Positions 9,570-18,864 of a stretch of DNA of 64,000 bases are shown here, in pieces; within the stretch, counting starts at the first letter, position 1, and the number at the start of each line of letters is the position of its first letter. The translations under genes and the position numbers were made by a program. Origin of the DNA: Bdellovibrionota bacterium. Its GTDB lineage: Bacteria; Bdellovibrionota_C; UBA2361; OMII01. The stretch is taken from NCBI GenBank assembly GCA_044345405.1, contig JBIJBE010000008.1:36519-100518 (forward strand), in the 5' to 3' direction. A model generated the notes under the pieces. The model saw nothing but the letters and a program-made list of their open reading frames with translations. It was not told where the DNA came from and searched no databases.

Positions 9570-12089
9570 TTAGCTCGCCGAGCCCTCAGTTGGAGGTGTC
9601 TCCTCCGCTGGGGTCTCCTCAGAGCCGTTCGTATCGCCGGTTGCTTGCGCTACCGCTACGACCTTCTCCTCGGTGTCGAGATCAATCATCTTCACGCCAC
9701 GGGTGTTTCGTCCGATGACTGAAACGTCCTTAGCGCTCGTGCGGATGATCTTACCACCCGAAGTGATGAGCATGATGCCGGTAGTGTTGTTTACCGCCAT
9801 CGCTTCAACCACTGGACCGTTACGGCCCTCGGTCTGAATGTCGATAAGTCCCTTGCCGCCACGGTTTTGTGAGCGGTACTCAGAAACGACAGTTCGTTTA
9901 CCGAATCCGTTCTCGCACACGGTGAGAAGGGTCATCTCCTCTTGTCCTTCCGCTACTGGAGCGCTGCCGCCCTGGATAACGGTCATGCTCACAACGGAAT
10001 CGTCACCTTCGAAACGAATTCCGGTTACGCCGCGAGCCGAACGGCCCATCGGTCGAACCTGATCTTCGTTGAAGCGGATAGACATACCGTCGCGGGTCGC
10101 AAGGAGGATATCATCCTTGCCGCTCGTGATGGACGCGCCGATGAGTGTGTCTCCTTCCTCGAGGGTGCACGCCACGATGCCGCTACGACGAGAACGGGAG
10201 AACTCCTCGAGCGCTGTCTTCTTGATGATTCCCTGCTTGGTCGCGAGCGCGATGAAGCTGTTCTCGCTCCACTCACGAACCGGCAAGATGGTACAGAGCT
10301 TCTCATCCTCTTTGAGTTCAAGGAGGTTAACGAGCGCCCGCCCCTTTGAGGTACGGCCGGACTCAGGGATGCTGTACACCTTGAGCCAGTACATACGGCC
10401 CAAGCTCGTGAATACAAGGAGATCCGAGAGGGTCGAGGTAACGAAGAGGTGCTGAACGAAATCATCATCGTCCGAAGACGCTCCGATAATTCCCTTACCG
10501 CCACGTCGTTGCTCACGGTACTCAGATACCGAGGTTCGCTTGATGTAGCCTTTGTGCGTAACGCTCACGACCATCTGCTCGTCCTCGATGAGGTCGTGCA
10601 TATCGATCTCGCCGCCGTCATCGACGATCTCGGTGCGACGAGCGTCGCCGTACTTCTCCTTAACAGCGAGAAGCTCAGAGCCGATGATCGAGTCGATACG
10701 CTTCGCGTCACCAAGGATATTCAAGAGGTCTTGGATTAACTTAGCGAGTTCATCGTACTCCTGCTCGATCGCCAATCGCTCCATGCCGGTAAGCTTTTGG
10801 AGGCGGAGATCGAGGATCGCTTGCGCTTGGATCGTTGAGAGGGTGTAGCGCGAGATAAGTTCGTCGCGCGCGTCCTTTGGAGTGCTCGCGCCACGAATGA
10901 GCTTGATGACGTCGTCGAGGTTGAGCAGCGCGATGCGGAAACCCTCTAAGAGGTGCATGCGCTCCTTAGCCTTCTTGAGATCGAACTCAGTTCGGCGAGT
11001 AACCACATCTCGTCGGTGGTTGAGGAAGTGGGTCAAAAGGTCGTGGAGTGAGCAGATGACCGGCTTTCCATCAACGATAGCGAGGTTCACGATACCGAAG
11101 CTCGATTGCATCGGTGTGAGCTTGTAGAGCTGATTAAGAACAACCTCTGGGGTCGCGTCACGCTTAAGCTCAACAACGATACGCATACCTTGGCGGTCGC
11201 TCTCGTCTCGAAGCTTCGAGATGCCCTCGATCTGCTTCTCATTCACGAGCTCCGCGATCTTCTCAAGGAGTCGGGACTTGTTGAGCTGGTACGGGATCTC
11301 GGTGATGACGATGATGTCGGCCTCTCGGCTCTTCGTCTTGAGCTTCTCGAACGAAGCTTTTGCGCGGACCTGAATGATACCGCGACCGTTTGAGTAGGCG
11401 CTGATGATCGCCCCACGTCCGTAGATCGTTCCACCAGTTGGGAAATCTGGACCTGGAATGAGTTGAAGGAGCTCTTGCAAAGATACGTTCGGATTATTGA
11501 GTACCGCGAGCGCTCCATCGATAACCTCAGTGAGGTTGTGCGGCGGAATGTGGGTCGCCATACCTACCGCGATTCCGTTCGCTCCGTTTACGAGGAGGTT
11601 CGGAATGACAGATGGAAGAACTTGTGGCTCCTGCGTGGAGTCATCGAAGTTTGGCGAGAAATCAACCGTCTCCTTCTCGATATCCTCAAGAAGTCGCTCA
11701 GCGAGGGAGGTCATACGACACTCGGTGTATCGGTATGCGGCGGGTGGATCTCCATCGACCGATCCAAAGTTACCCTGACCATCGATCAAGGTGTACCGAA
11801 GGTTCCACGGCTGAGCCAAACGGACGAGCGCCTCGTATACCGGCATATCACCGTGAGGGTGATAGCGCTTGAGCACCTCGCCCACGACTCCCGCGCACTT
11901 AGAGTGCTTGCGGTTCGAGACGAGACCCTCGTTCAACATAGCGTAGAGAACGCGGCGCTGTACCGGCTTAAGGCCGTCTCGGACGTCCGGGAGGGCGCGA
12001 CCGACGATAACGGACATGGCGTAGTCGAGGTACGACTGACGCATCTCTGATTCAATGGCGATTGGGCTTACAGATGGTTGATTTTCCAT
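9570..12089 (-). CDS. gyrA: DNA gyrase subunit A
   Basis: SYLDYAMSVIVGRALPDVRDGLKPVQRR, YHPHGD, AAYRYTE, GyrA-box QRRGGKG. Confidence 0.99.
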   Translation of the reverse strand: MENQPSVSPIAIESEMRQSYLDYAMSVIVGRALPDVRDGLKPVQRRVLYAMLNEGLVSNRKHSKCAGVVGEVLKRYHPHGDMPVYEALVRLAQPWNLRYTLIDGQGNFGSVDGDPPAAYRYTECRMTSLAERLLEDIEKETVDFSPNFDDSTQEPQVLPSVIPNLLVNGANGIAVGMATHIPPHNLTEVIDGALAVLNNPNVSLQELLQLIPGPDFPTGGTIYGRGAIISAYSNGRGIIQVRAKASFEKLKTKSREADIIVITEIPYQLNKSRLLEKIAELVNEKQIEGISKLRDESDRQGMRIVVELKRDATPEVVLNQLYKLTPMQSSFGIVNLAIVDGKPVICSLHDLLTHFLNHRRDVVTRRTEFDLKKAKERMHLLEGFRIALLNLDDVIKLIRGASTPKDARDELISRYTLSTIQAQAILDLRLQKLTGMERLAIEQEYDELAKLIQDLLNILGDAKRIDSIIGSELLAVKEKYGDARRTEIVDDGGEIDMHDLIEDEQMVVSVTHKGYIKRTSVSEYREQRRGGKGIIGASSDDDDFVQHLFVTSTLSDLLVFTSLGRMYWLKVYSIPESGRTSKGRALVNLLELKEDEKLCTILPVREWSENSFIALATKQGIIKKTALEEFSRSRRSGIVACTLEEGDTLIGASITSGKDDILLATRDGMSIRFNEDQVRPMGRSARGVTGIRFEGDDSVVSMTVIQGGSAPVAEGQEEMTLLTVCENGFGKRTVVSEYRSQNRGGKGLIDIQTEGRNGPVVEAMAVNNTTGIMLITSGGKIIRTSAKDVSVIGRNTRGVKMIDLDTEEKVVAVAQATGDTNGSEETPAEETPPTEGSAS

Positions 12090-12406
12090 TCGCGTACTCT
12101 AGGACGAGGGGGTGGTTTGTTCAAGGTAAAAAACGGCTCTAAGCCCTGAAAAAAGCACGGATTTGGGGCGGTTTTTGGGGTCGAAAAAAGGGCGTTCTTG
12201 GGCTCGGTGGAGACCTAACCATTTCGAGGTCTGAAAAGGGACGATTCGAGCTGATTGAGACAGCTGAAATGCCCCCGGTATTTGGTTCGGGGTGAGTGGC
12301 TTTCCCAGGCAGCCCCAAGGTGCCCCACATCGGACCGTGTGCCTGGATTTTCCGGGTCCCGGAGCGTACGGTAGGTACGAACTCTCCCTCGAAAGGAAAC
12401 GGACCT

Positions 12407-13180
12407 ATGAGACCAAAGGTAGCTAAGCTCGGCATCATGACCGCGATGGAGTCGGAGTTCCGACTTATCGCTCACGCCTTTGGCCTCACCACCTCCCGAG
12501 AGATCGGCCCGCGCTCGTTCCTTTCCGCCACCCACAACGACCTTGAGCTGACCCTCGTCGCGGCTCGGGTGGGAAAGGTAGCCGCCGCTGTCACGGCATC
12601 GCTGCTTATTCAAGAGTTCGGGGTGGACGCGATTGTGGTTGTTGGCGTAGCGGGCGCTACGGACACTACCGTTCGAATCGGCGACATCGTCATTGCTGAC
12701 CGCTTGGTGCAGCACGACATGGATCTCAAGGGGGTATTGGGATATCAGCGCTTCGACATCCCACTCCTTGGCGTGCGAGAGATGCGAAGCTGCGATCGTC
12801 TCTTCGCTGTCGCCACTGAGGCCGCAAAGCGAACGGTAGCTTCACCATCGTACGTGAACGGGCTTCGAAATTTCTCCGAGGAATCGCCCCGAATGCACGC
12901 CGGTGTAATCGGGAGTGGTGATGTGTTCGTGTGCGATCCCGGTGAGCGTGAATCGCTCAGCGCCGCTATCTCAGACCTTAAATGCGTTGAGATGGAGGGC
13001 GCGGCCGTAGCGCAGGTGTGTGTTGAGCACGGGGTGCCGTTCGTTGTGACTCGAATCATCTCAGATGAAGCCTCGGGACACGCGGCGTCAGACTTCGGAG
13101 CCTTCATTGAACAGGCCGCATCGGTTGGCTCTGAGGCGTTCGTTCGAGAGTTTGTGCGTGGTTTGAGCGCTCAGGAATAA
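12407..13180 (+). CDS. mtnN: 5'-methylthioadenosine/S-adenosylhomocysteine nucleosidase
   Basis: GIMTAMESE, VGKVAAA, GVAGA, VEMEGAAVAQVC, RIISD. Confidence 0.93.
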   Translation: MRPKVAKLGIMTAMESEFRLIAHAFGLTTSREIGPRSFLSATHNDLELTLVAARVGKVAAAVTASLLIQEFGVDAIVVVGVAGATDTTVRIGDIVIADRLVQHDMDLKGVLGYQRFDIPLLGVREMRSCDRLFAVATEAAKRTVASPSYVNGLRNFSEESPRMHAGVIGSGDVFVCDPGERESLSAAISDLKCVEMEGAAVAQVCVEHGVPFVVTRIISDEASGHAASDFGAFIEQAASVGSEAFVREFVRGLSAQE

Positions 13181-13403
13181 GGGAGCCATCGCAATAGGCT
13201 CAAGCTCTTCTCCGGCCTTTGTGTCCTTTGTGGTGAACATCCCTGTTTTCCTTTTGGATGAGAGGCCCAATAGGTTCGGCGTGACTCGTGAACTCAAGGC
13301 CGTGGAGCTGAGCCACCTCTTTTTAGCATTCTTGCGAGGGTTCTTTCGGGGTACTATCGACTCGATCCCACAGACTGCTTTTTCGGAGCCCCGCGCGCAC
13401 GCC

Positions 13404-13922
13404 ATGAGTAATGACCTTAAATCCTTCATCGCTGATATCCCTGATTTTCCAAAACCGGGGATAATGTTCCGGGATATCTCGCCGCTTTTGCGCGCTCCCA
13501 CGGCGTTTCGTCACGTTGTTAATTTGATGGCGAAAGAGGTTTCAGATCTTAAAGTTGCTGGAATCGTCGCTGTCGAGTCGCGCGGGTTCCTTTTCGCCGC
13601 GCCGGTCGCGCACGAAGCGGGAGTGCCGCTTATTCTCGCAAGAAAGCCAGGAAAACTGCCAGGGGATCGCGTTCGGGTTGAGTACGGTTTGGAGTACGGC
13701 ACCGATAGCTTGGAGTTAAAGCACGGCCTCGTCGACCCAGGCTCACGCATCGTGGTTATCGACGATGTGCTTGCGACCGGTGGCACCGCGCGCGCGGCTG
13801 GTGATTTAGTTCAAAAAGTCGGCGCCTCCGTCGCGTCGTACATCTTCCTTGTTGAACTTCTCGGGCTCGGCGGGCGAGAGAAGCTTAAAGATGGAGCTGT
13901 GTCTTCGTTGGTGCAGTATTGA
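13404..13922 (+). CDS. apt: adenine phosphoribosyltransferase
   Basis: IPDFPKPGIMFRDI, ESRGF, RKPGKLP, LEYG, IDDVLATGGT. Confidence 0.97.
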   Translation: MSNDLKSFIADIPDFPKPGIMFRDISPLLRAPTAFRHVVNLMAKEVSDLKVAGIVAVESRGFLFAAPVAHEAGVPLILARKPGKLPGDRVRVEYGLEYGTDSLELKHGLVDPGSRIVVIDDVLATGGTARAAGDLVQKVGASVASYIFLVELLGLGGREKLKDGAVSSLVQY

Positions 13923-14108
13923 ACCAGCCTGTTGACATGCCTGTCACGCACAAAGCTGCCCCAGCGAGATTGAGGCATCTATCGCGTCGATAGGTGTAAG
14001 CGCTCTGTGGGCGGTAACACTTTCTCTGTTTTTTGATGCTGAAATGGTTCGGGTGTGCAAGCCTCATCCGTAACGAGTTTTTGCCAAGTCCCGTTTAGGA
14101 GATACCGT

Positions 14109-15008
14109 ATGACCCCCGCCGAATCTGCCGCGCACTCTTTGTCGCGCGTATTCACCCAACTCGTGACGCCCGCGAATATACGTCGATTCGAGGTGTTTAT
14201 CATTCGGATGGCGGTTCTATTTTTCCTCTGTCACCTTGCGCTCATCTTTCTCCTCAATAACGTGCCAGCGCTCTATCGCGGGCATACCTTCAACTATCTA
14301 AAAGCCATCTATACTCCGTTCAGCTTTATCCTCGTCTATGAGGTTTTTCTGCTCGTCATCATTCTGCCCGAGTCCATGACCGAGTTTATCGCCAAGCAGT
14401 TCGAGATCGTGACCCTTATTACCCTTCGGAGCTTTTTTCATGACATCGCGAGCGTGCCGCTGCACGCTCCCATTCATGCGTCGGATCCCGCTGTCGTAAG
14501 CCTGGGGTATGATCTCGTGGCTTCTCTGATTATGTTTACCTTGACTGTTGCGTTTCATCGACTTCATTCCCGCCACCGCGAGAGGGACAGTCAGGCGGAT
14601 CTTCGCAGATTCATCGATTTCAAGAGGGCTGTTTCCGCTATCCTGATTGTGGTGCTGGTTGCAACGAGCCTCTACAGTATGTCCGCGTGGGCTTCGCACG
14701 CCTGGCTAGCTCTGGTCAACCGAACGGAGTTTCCCGATCCTGACACGTTCTTCTACGTCGATTTCTTTAACGTCATGATATACGCGGATGTTCTTCTGCT
14801 GATCATTTCCTTTCTCTATGACTCGTCATTCTTCACGGTGGTGAGAAACGCAAGCTTCATTATCTCCACGGTTCTGCTCCGCATCTCACTGAGCATGGAG
14901 CGACCCGCTAACCACGTTGTTGCGATTTGCGCCTTTACCTTCTCCGTAACCGTTATGGTGATTTTGCACCTGAGGCAGAAGCGCTGGGGGACCGCCCCGA
15001 CAACGTAG
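14109..15008 (+). CDS. hypothetical polytopic membrane protein
   Basis: About 8 hydrophobic segments; conserved-looking AIYTPFSFILVYEV and KQFEIVTLI motifs. Confidence 0.75.
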   Translation: MTPAESAAHSLSRVFTQLVTPANIRRFEVFIIRMAVLFFLCHLALIFLLNNVPALYRGHTFNYLKAIYTPFSFILVYEVFLLVIILPESMTEFIAKQFEIVTLITLRSFFHDIASVPLHAPIHASDPAVVSLGYDLVASLIMFTLTVAFHRLHSRHRERDSQADLRRFIDFKRAVSAILIVVLVATSLYSMSAWASHAWLALVNRTEFPDPDTFFYVDFFNVMIYADVLLLIISFLYDSSFFTVVRNASFIISTVLLRISLSMERPANHVVAICAFTFSVTVMVILHLRQKRWGTAPTT

Positions 15009-15014
15009 GAGCCG

Positions 15015-15039
15015 AATCTCGCCCCCTTCAGGGGGCGGA
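15015..15039. repeat. tRNA-Ser-tail hairpin repeat, copy A
   Basis: AATCTCGCCCCCTTCAGGGGGCGGA abuts the tRNA CCA; 22/25 identical to 17088-17112. Confidence 0.7.
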
Positions 15040-15129
15040 TGGCGGAGAGGAAGGGATTCGAACCCCCGTTACCCTTTCGGGTAAACCTGATTTCGAATCA
15101 GGCGCCTTCAGCCACTCGGCCACCTCTCC
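15040..15129 (-). tRNA. tRNA-Ser(CGA)
   Basis: GGAGAGG...CCTGA-TT-CGA-AA-TCAGG, long variable arm, GGTTCGAATCC, encoded CCA. Confidence 0.97.
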
Positions 15130-15280
15130 ATTGGTCAGAGATGTTGGGGACTCCGACCAGGACCGGTAGGGTATGTAGCGGGGAGGAAAAAGTCAATTGA
15201 TACTGGGGCGATTGAGGCCACGTGCGATCTGGTAAGTAATCGGACTCACACGAAAAGGAAACGGATTATCGTAAGCTTCG

Positions 15281-16273
15281 CTAGGAACCGGTCGCTTCTC
15301 GCCACAACTGCGCCGCACGAGCGGGAAGTCTGGCCCCTGACTGGCTTATGACCGTTGCCGCAAGCCGAGCGGCTCCTTTGGCGGCGGTCTCGATCGAACA
15401 TCCGAGGGTGAGTCCACCAAGAAGAACACCGGTGAACGCGTCTCCGGCACCGGTTGTATCCACGATCTGAATGTTGTGCGTGTATGCCGGAACGTGCAGC
15501 TGCTTTCCTTCGTGTTGTATGAGCGCTCCATCTTTGCCGCACGTTACGATGACGGTAGGGCAGAGTGACGCGAGCGCCGCGAAGGCGGTTTGATGATCGC
15601 TCTTTTGCGCAAGTGCCATAGCCTCAGGCTCGTTGGCGATGATGAGATCGATCTGAGGGAGAAAGTGCGCGAGAACCTGCTCACGCTGCGTGAGCGCTGC
15701 GAACTCCGAGTTTATGTTGAGGGCAACCTTCGTGTTCCGCGCCTTCGCGACCTCGATCCCTTTTCGAAGCGCGCTGTTGTTTTTTTCTCCCGCGGTGAGG
15801 AGGTGTCCTTCAAGGAGGAGCCACTCGCTTGCGCCGATACTGTCCGCGTCGATGTGCGTGTGATCGAGCTCGGTTGCTACGCCGAGGTTGGTTCGCATCG
15901 TTCGTTCCCCGTCCGGTGTGATAAGCGAGAGACACACGCCTGTGCGAGCGTTACGCACCCGGGCGTTTGGAGATGACACTCCGACAGCCTCGAAATCGGC
16001 GTGATACATCCGTCCGTACGCATCGTCCCCGACAAGTCCGGCATAGGAGCAGGGGACCCCGATAAGGTTCGCGCACGCGATTGAGTTAGAGCCGGAGCCT
16101 CCGCTTGAGATAACCCGTTCGGCGGTAGTTGCTGAGAGCAGCGCGTCCTGTTCCACCGCGTCAACGATGGCGTAGCTGCCAGGTTTAAGATTTCGCTCAG
16201 AGATGAAGGCATGTTCAACCGGGACGATGACATCCACGAGTGGTTGGAGAATTGTTGAGAGCCCCTTCTTCAA
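15281..16273 (-). CDS. PfkB-family kinase (adenosine/carbohydrate kinase)
   Basis: GGSGSN, VGDDAYG, PDGERTMRT, ANEPEA, DTTGAGDAF. Confidence 0.9.
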   Translation of the reverse strand: MKKGLSTILQPLVDVIVPVEHAFISERNLKPGSYAIVDAVEQDALLSATTAERVISSGGSGSNSIACANLIGVPCSYAGLVGDDAYGRMYHADFEAVGVSSPNARVRNARTGVCLSLITPDGERTMRTNLGVATELDHTHIDADSIGASEWLLLEGHLLTAGEKNNSALRKGIEVAKARNTKVALNINSEFAALTQREQVLAHFLPQIDLIIANEPEAMALAQKSDHQTAFAALASLCPTVIVTCGKDGALIQHEGKQLHVPAYTHNIQIVDTTGAGDAFTGVLLGGLTLGCSIETAAKGAARLAATVISQSGARLPARAAQLWREATGS

Positions 16274-16340
16274 AATCGCCTCGTATTTCTGAGGTTTTTG
16301 GTCGTTTCCGTTCTCAGTGTGGTCGCCGGTCAGATCCTTG

Positions 16341-16811
16341 TCAAGTTCGCAGCGAGCTGAAGAATTCCTTTAAAAGAGCCTGACATTCCCCCGCTTTAAC
16401 ATTTCGAATGACGCGCGGCGGAGTACCGAGCCTGTCATCGAGGCTGAGGTCGTAGAGCGACCCAACAGCGCCCTGCGCGGAATCGCCCGCTCCAAAGATG
16501 ATGACCGGAATGCGCGCGAGTCGAATGGCGCCGAGACACATCGTGCACGGTTCAAGGGTGACGCACATGACGCACTCGTTGAGCCTCCACGAACCAAGCT
16601 TCTTTGACGCTTCCCGGATGGCGTGGATCTCGGCGTGCGCGATGACGGATTGATCCTCTTCGGTTGTGTTGCGTCCCGTTCCAATGATCGTGTTGTTGTG
16701 CGCGATAACGGCGCCGACGGGAACTTCACCGGCTCTGGCGGCGCTCTTCGCGTGACCGATCGCTTCGGTCATGAGGTGGTCGATGAATTCGGGGGTGGGT
16801 GGGGTGTGCAT
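16341..16811 (-). CDS. tadA: tRNA-specific adenosine deaminase
   Basis: EVPVGAV, HAE, WRL, TLEPCTMC, LLKEFF. Confidence 0.93.
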   Translation of the reverse strand: MHTPPTPEFIDHLMTEAIGHAKSAARAGEVPVGAVIAHNNTIIGTGRNTTEEDQSVIAHAEIHAIREASKKLGSWRLNECVMCVTLEPCTMCLGAIRLARIPVIIFGAGDSAQGAVGSLYDLSLDDRLGTPPRVIRNVKAGECQALLKEFFSSLRT

Positions 16812-16854
16812 GGTAATTTCAGAGAGAATTTACGCCTGGCACGAGAGGATTGAG

Positions 16855-16896
16855 AAAAAATGGCGGACCGCCCCCTCAAGGGGGCGAGTCTCGCCA
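16855..16896 (-). terminator. terminator formed by tRNA-tail hairpin repeat copy C
   Basis: Minus strand reads TGGCGAGACTCGCCCCCT-TG-AGGGGGCGGTCCGCCA-TTTTTT. Confidence 0.7.
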
Positions 16897-16927
16897 CTTA
16901 TTATGTCATCAATGATGACATAATAAG

Positions 16928-17018
16928 TGGCGGAGAGAGGGGGATTCGAACCCCCGATAGGGGATTAGCCTATACACGCTTTCCAAGCGTGCGCCTTCAG
17001 CCACTCGGCCATCTCTCC
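16928..17018 (-). tRNA. tRNA-Ser(GGA)
   Basis: CACGC-TT-GGA-AA-GCGTG anticodon arm, long variable arm, CCA. Confidence 0.97.
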
Positions 17019-17053
17019 GCACGGGTATCATTCACCAAATTGTACTTCGCCGC

Positions 17054-17112
17054 GGCGGACCGTCTTGTAAACAGGACGAGTCTCGCCAATCTCGCCCCCT
17101 TTAGAGGACGGA
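17054..17112. repeat. tRNA-Ser-tail hairpin repeat, copies D and B (inverted pair)
   Basis: GGCGGACCG-TCTTGT-AA-ACAGGA-CGAGTCTCGCCA, then AATCTCGCCCCCTTTAGAGGACGGA. Confidence 0.7.
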
Positions 17113-17202
17113 TGGCGGAAGGGAAGGGATTCGAACCCCCGATACCCTTTCAGGTATTCCGGTTTTCAAGACCGGCGCCATCAACCACTCGGCCACCCTT
17201 CC
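17113..17202 (-). tRNA. tRNA-Ser(TGA)
   Basis: CCGGT-CT-TGA-AA-ACCGG, long variable arm, CCA. Confidence 0.97.
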
Positions 17203-17341
17203 GCTTGACGAGGTCGTAAGGTATCTCGGATTATTCCCAATAATCAATGGGCTCAACGAGTTGTTTTATGGGGTGAGGGGCCTCACCTGTCGCCAACAGT
17301 TGTTATAAGGGGTTAAGCCCCTACTTTAAGTTCCCCGTCAC

Positions 17342-17369
17342 TTGAAAAATTTCCCAAATTTGGTACCTT
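17342..17369 (+). promoter_or_regulatory. putative sigma-70 promoter for tRNA-Arg/tRNA-Ser
   Basis: TTGAAA-16 nt-TACCTT with a TGn extension, just upstream of the tRNA. Confidence 0.5.
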
Positions 17370-17383
17370 GCTCCCCCTTGTGC

Positions 17384-17460
17384 GCGCTCTTAGCTCAGCT
17401 GGATAGAGCATCTGACTACGAATCAGAAGGCCGGTGGTTCGAATCCTCCAGAGCGCACCA
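17384..17460 (+). tRNA. tRNA-Arg(ACG)
   Basis: GCGCTCT..TCTGA-CT-ACG-AA-TCAGA..GGTTCGAATCC..AGAGCGC-ACCA. Confidence 0.97.
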
Positions 17461-17546
17461 TCTTTTCTCCTTCAAAACCCACATTTAATGAGTCGTTAAA
17501 GAATGGGTTTTAGGTGAGGATGGAGCACAGATAGTTCCCAACCCGC

Positions 17547-17640
17547 GGAGAGATGGCCGAGTGGCTGAAGGCGGCGGTTTGCTAAATCGTTATACGGCCC
17601 AAAAGCTGTATCGGGGGTTCGAATCCCCCTCTCTCCGCCA
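17547..17640 (+). tRNA. tRNA-Ser(GCT)
   Basis: GCGGT-TT-GCT-AA-ATCGT, long variable arm, CCA. Confidence 0.96.
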
Positions 17641-17806
17641 CTGTTTTTCCCGCTCGGCGCTCTGGCCCTTCGCAGGGTGCTATTCCTCGCTTTGCTCGGG
17701 CACCGGCGAACCAGGGGCAGGCCCCTGGCCCCCCAGACAATTCCTATCAGATAGATTTGTTTTTTCCGCTGGGCACTTCCGCCGCTCTTGCTCGCTATAG
17801 CCCGCG

Positions 17807-18688
17807 TCACCCCGCTGGGTGGTTCGAATTTCTGCCCGCGTTCAGTTGCTCCGATCGCAATTTCCGCCGCACAACCCCATACGTCACACAAAACCCAACA
17901 GCAGCGCCTCCCATATGAGCCGTTGAGCTCACCTCGGGCACCATCATGTCGAACACCGCTTGAAGGAGAACGATCTGAGTCATGGTGTTCAGTTGCGCTT
18001 TGGCAACCATACTGCCGGTGTGTCGGTACGCCAAAAGGGAGATGGCGGCTTGGGTTCCGACCAGTCCCATAACGCTCGCCGATGCTCCAAGTAGAATAAT
18101 CGGATGGGGATCGGCAGAGAGTTGAGACGCTGTCCAGGCGATTAACATCCCGCCCGCGCCACAAATGAGATAGAGCAGGATGTACCGCCAAAAACCGATC
18201 ATCGCCTCGACCGTTCGTCCCAAGAGCCAGAGGCCCATCATGTTGAACGCAAGGTGCATGATCCCCCAATGAAGGAACTGCGCGGTGAATATCCGCCACC
18301 ACTCACCTTCAGAGAGGAGCGGAGTGAAGACAGCCCCCATCTCCACGAATTCAGCGGCGTCGTTTGTCGCTCCTCGACTTACTTGAAGGAGGAAAACCGC
18401 GACATTAACGCCGATCAAAAGCTTTGTGGCGAGGCTGGGAAGGTGAGGTGAGGGCGCTCGCTTTCGCGAGTACATCTTGATGGCTATCACGTATACCGCG
18501 AGGATCCCGATCGCGATGTATCCGCATATGTCAGGCATAAACAGCCATGCGCTCGCGCATCCAGCTAGCCCACACAGATTGGCCCACGTGATCCAGGTAG
18601 GAAGTCGCTCTCTGAACTTGATGACGTTGAGCAGATCGGCGGAAAGATTGAGGACCGCGACGAGAAGGAGGACGAAGTTGATATCCAT
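17807..18688 (-). CDS. rhomboid family intramembrane serine protease with extra N-terminal TMs
   Basis: EWWRIFTAQFLH, HLAFNM, GASAS, AHMGGA. Confidence 0.9.
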   Translation of the reverse strand: MDINFVLLLVAVLNLSADLLNVIKFRERLPTWITWANLCGLAGCASAWLFMPDICGYIAIGILAVYVIAIKMYSRKRAPSPHLPSLATKLLIGVNVAVFLLQVSRGATNDAAEFVEMGAVFTPLLSEGEWWRIFTAQFLHWGIMHLAFNMMGLWLLGRTVEAMIGFWRYILLYLICGAGGMLIAWTASQLSADPHPIILLGASASVMGLVGTQAAISLLAYRHTGSMVAKAQLNTMTQIVLLQAVFDMMVPEVSSTAHMGGAAVGFCVTYGVVRRKLRSEQLNAGRNSNHPAG

Positions 18689-18864
18689 GATGTGCCCGGA
18701 AAGACTACCCCCGCCGGGATGTTCTAGCAACGATGGCGATCGACTCAAAATCGCATAAAGTCGTTGTGCTAGAGTGGTCTAGGCGTGTAAAAAAGGGAGC
18801 TGACGCCCCCGGCGCCGTGCGGCGCTTCAAGTAAACGTAGGGACGCTCGTTCATCAGGTGATTC

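Noticed and set aside
15040-16940. Repeated TGGCGGAGAG as attL/attR of a tRNA-integrated island
   Set aside because: These are the 3' ends of complete tRNA-Ser genes. There is no integrase, and the genes between are housekeeping.
17496-18302. 268-aa minus-strand ORF and others overlapping tRNA genes
   Set aside because: They overlap tRNAs and the rhomboid gene in another frame; spurious.
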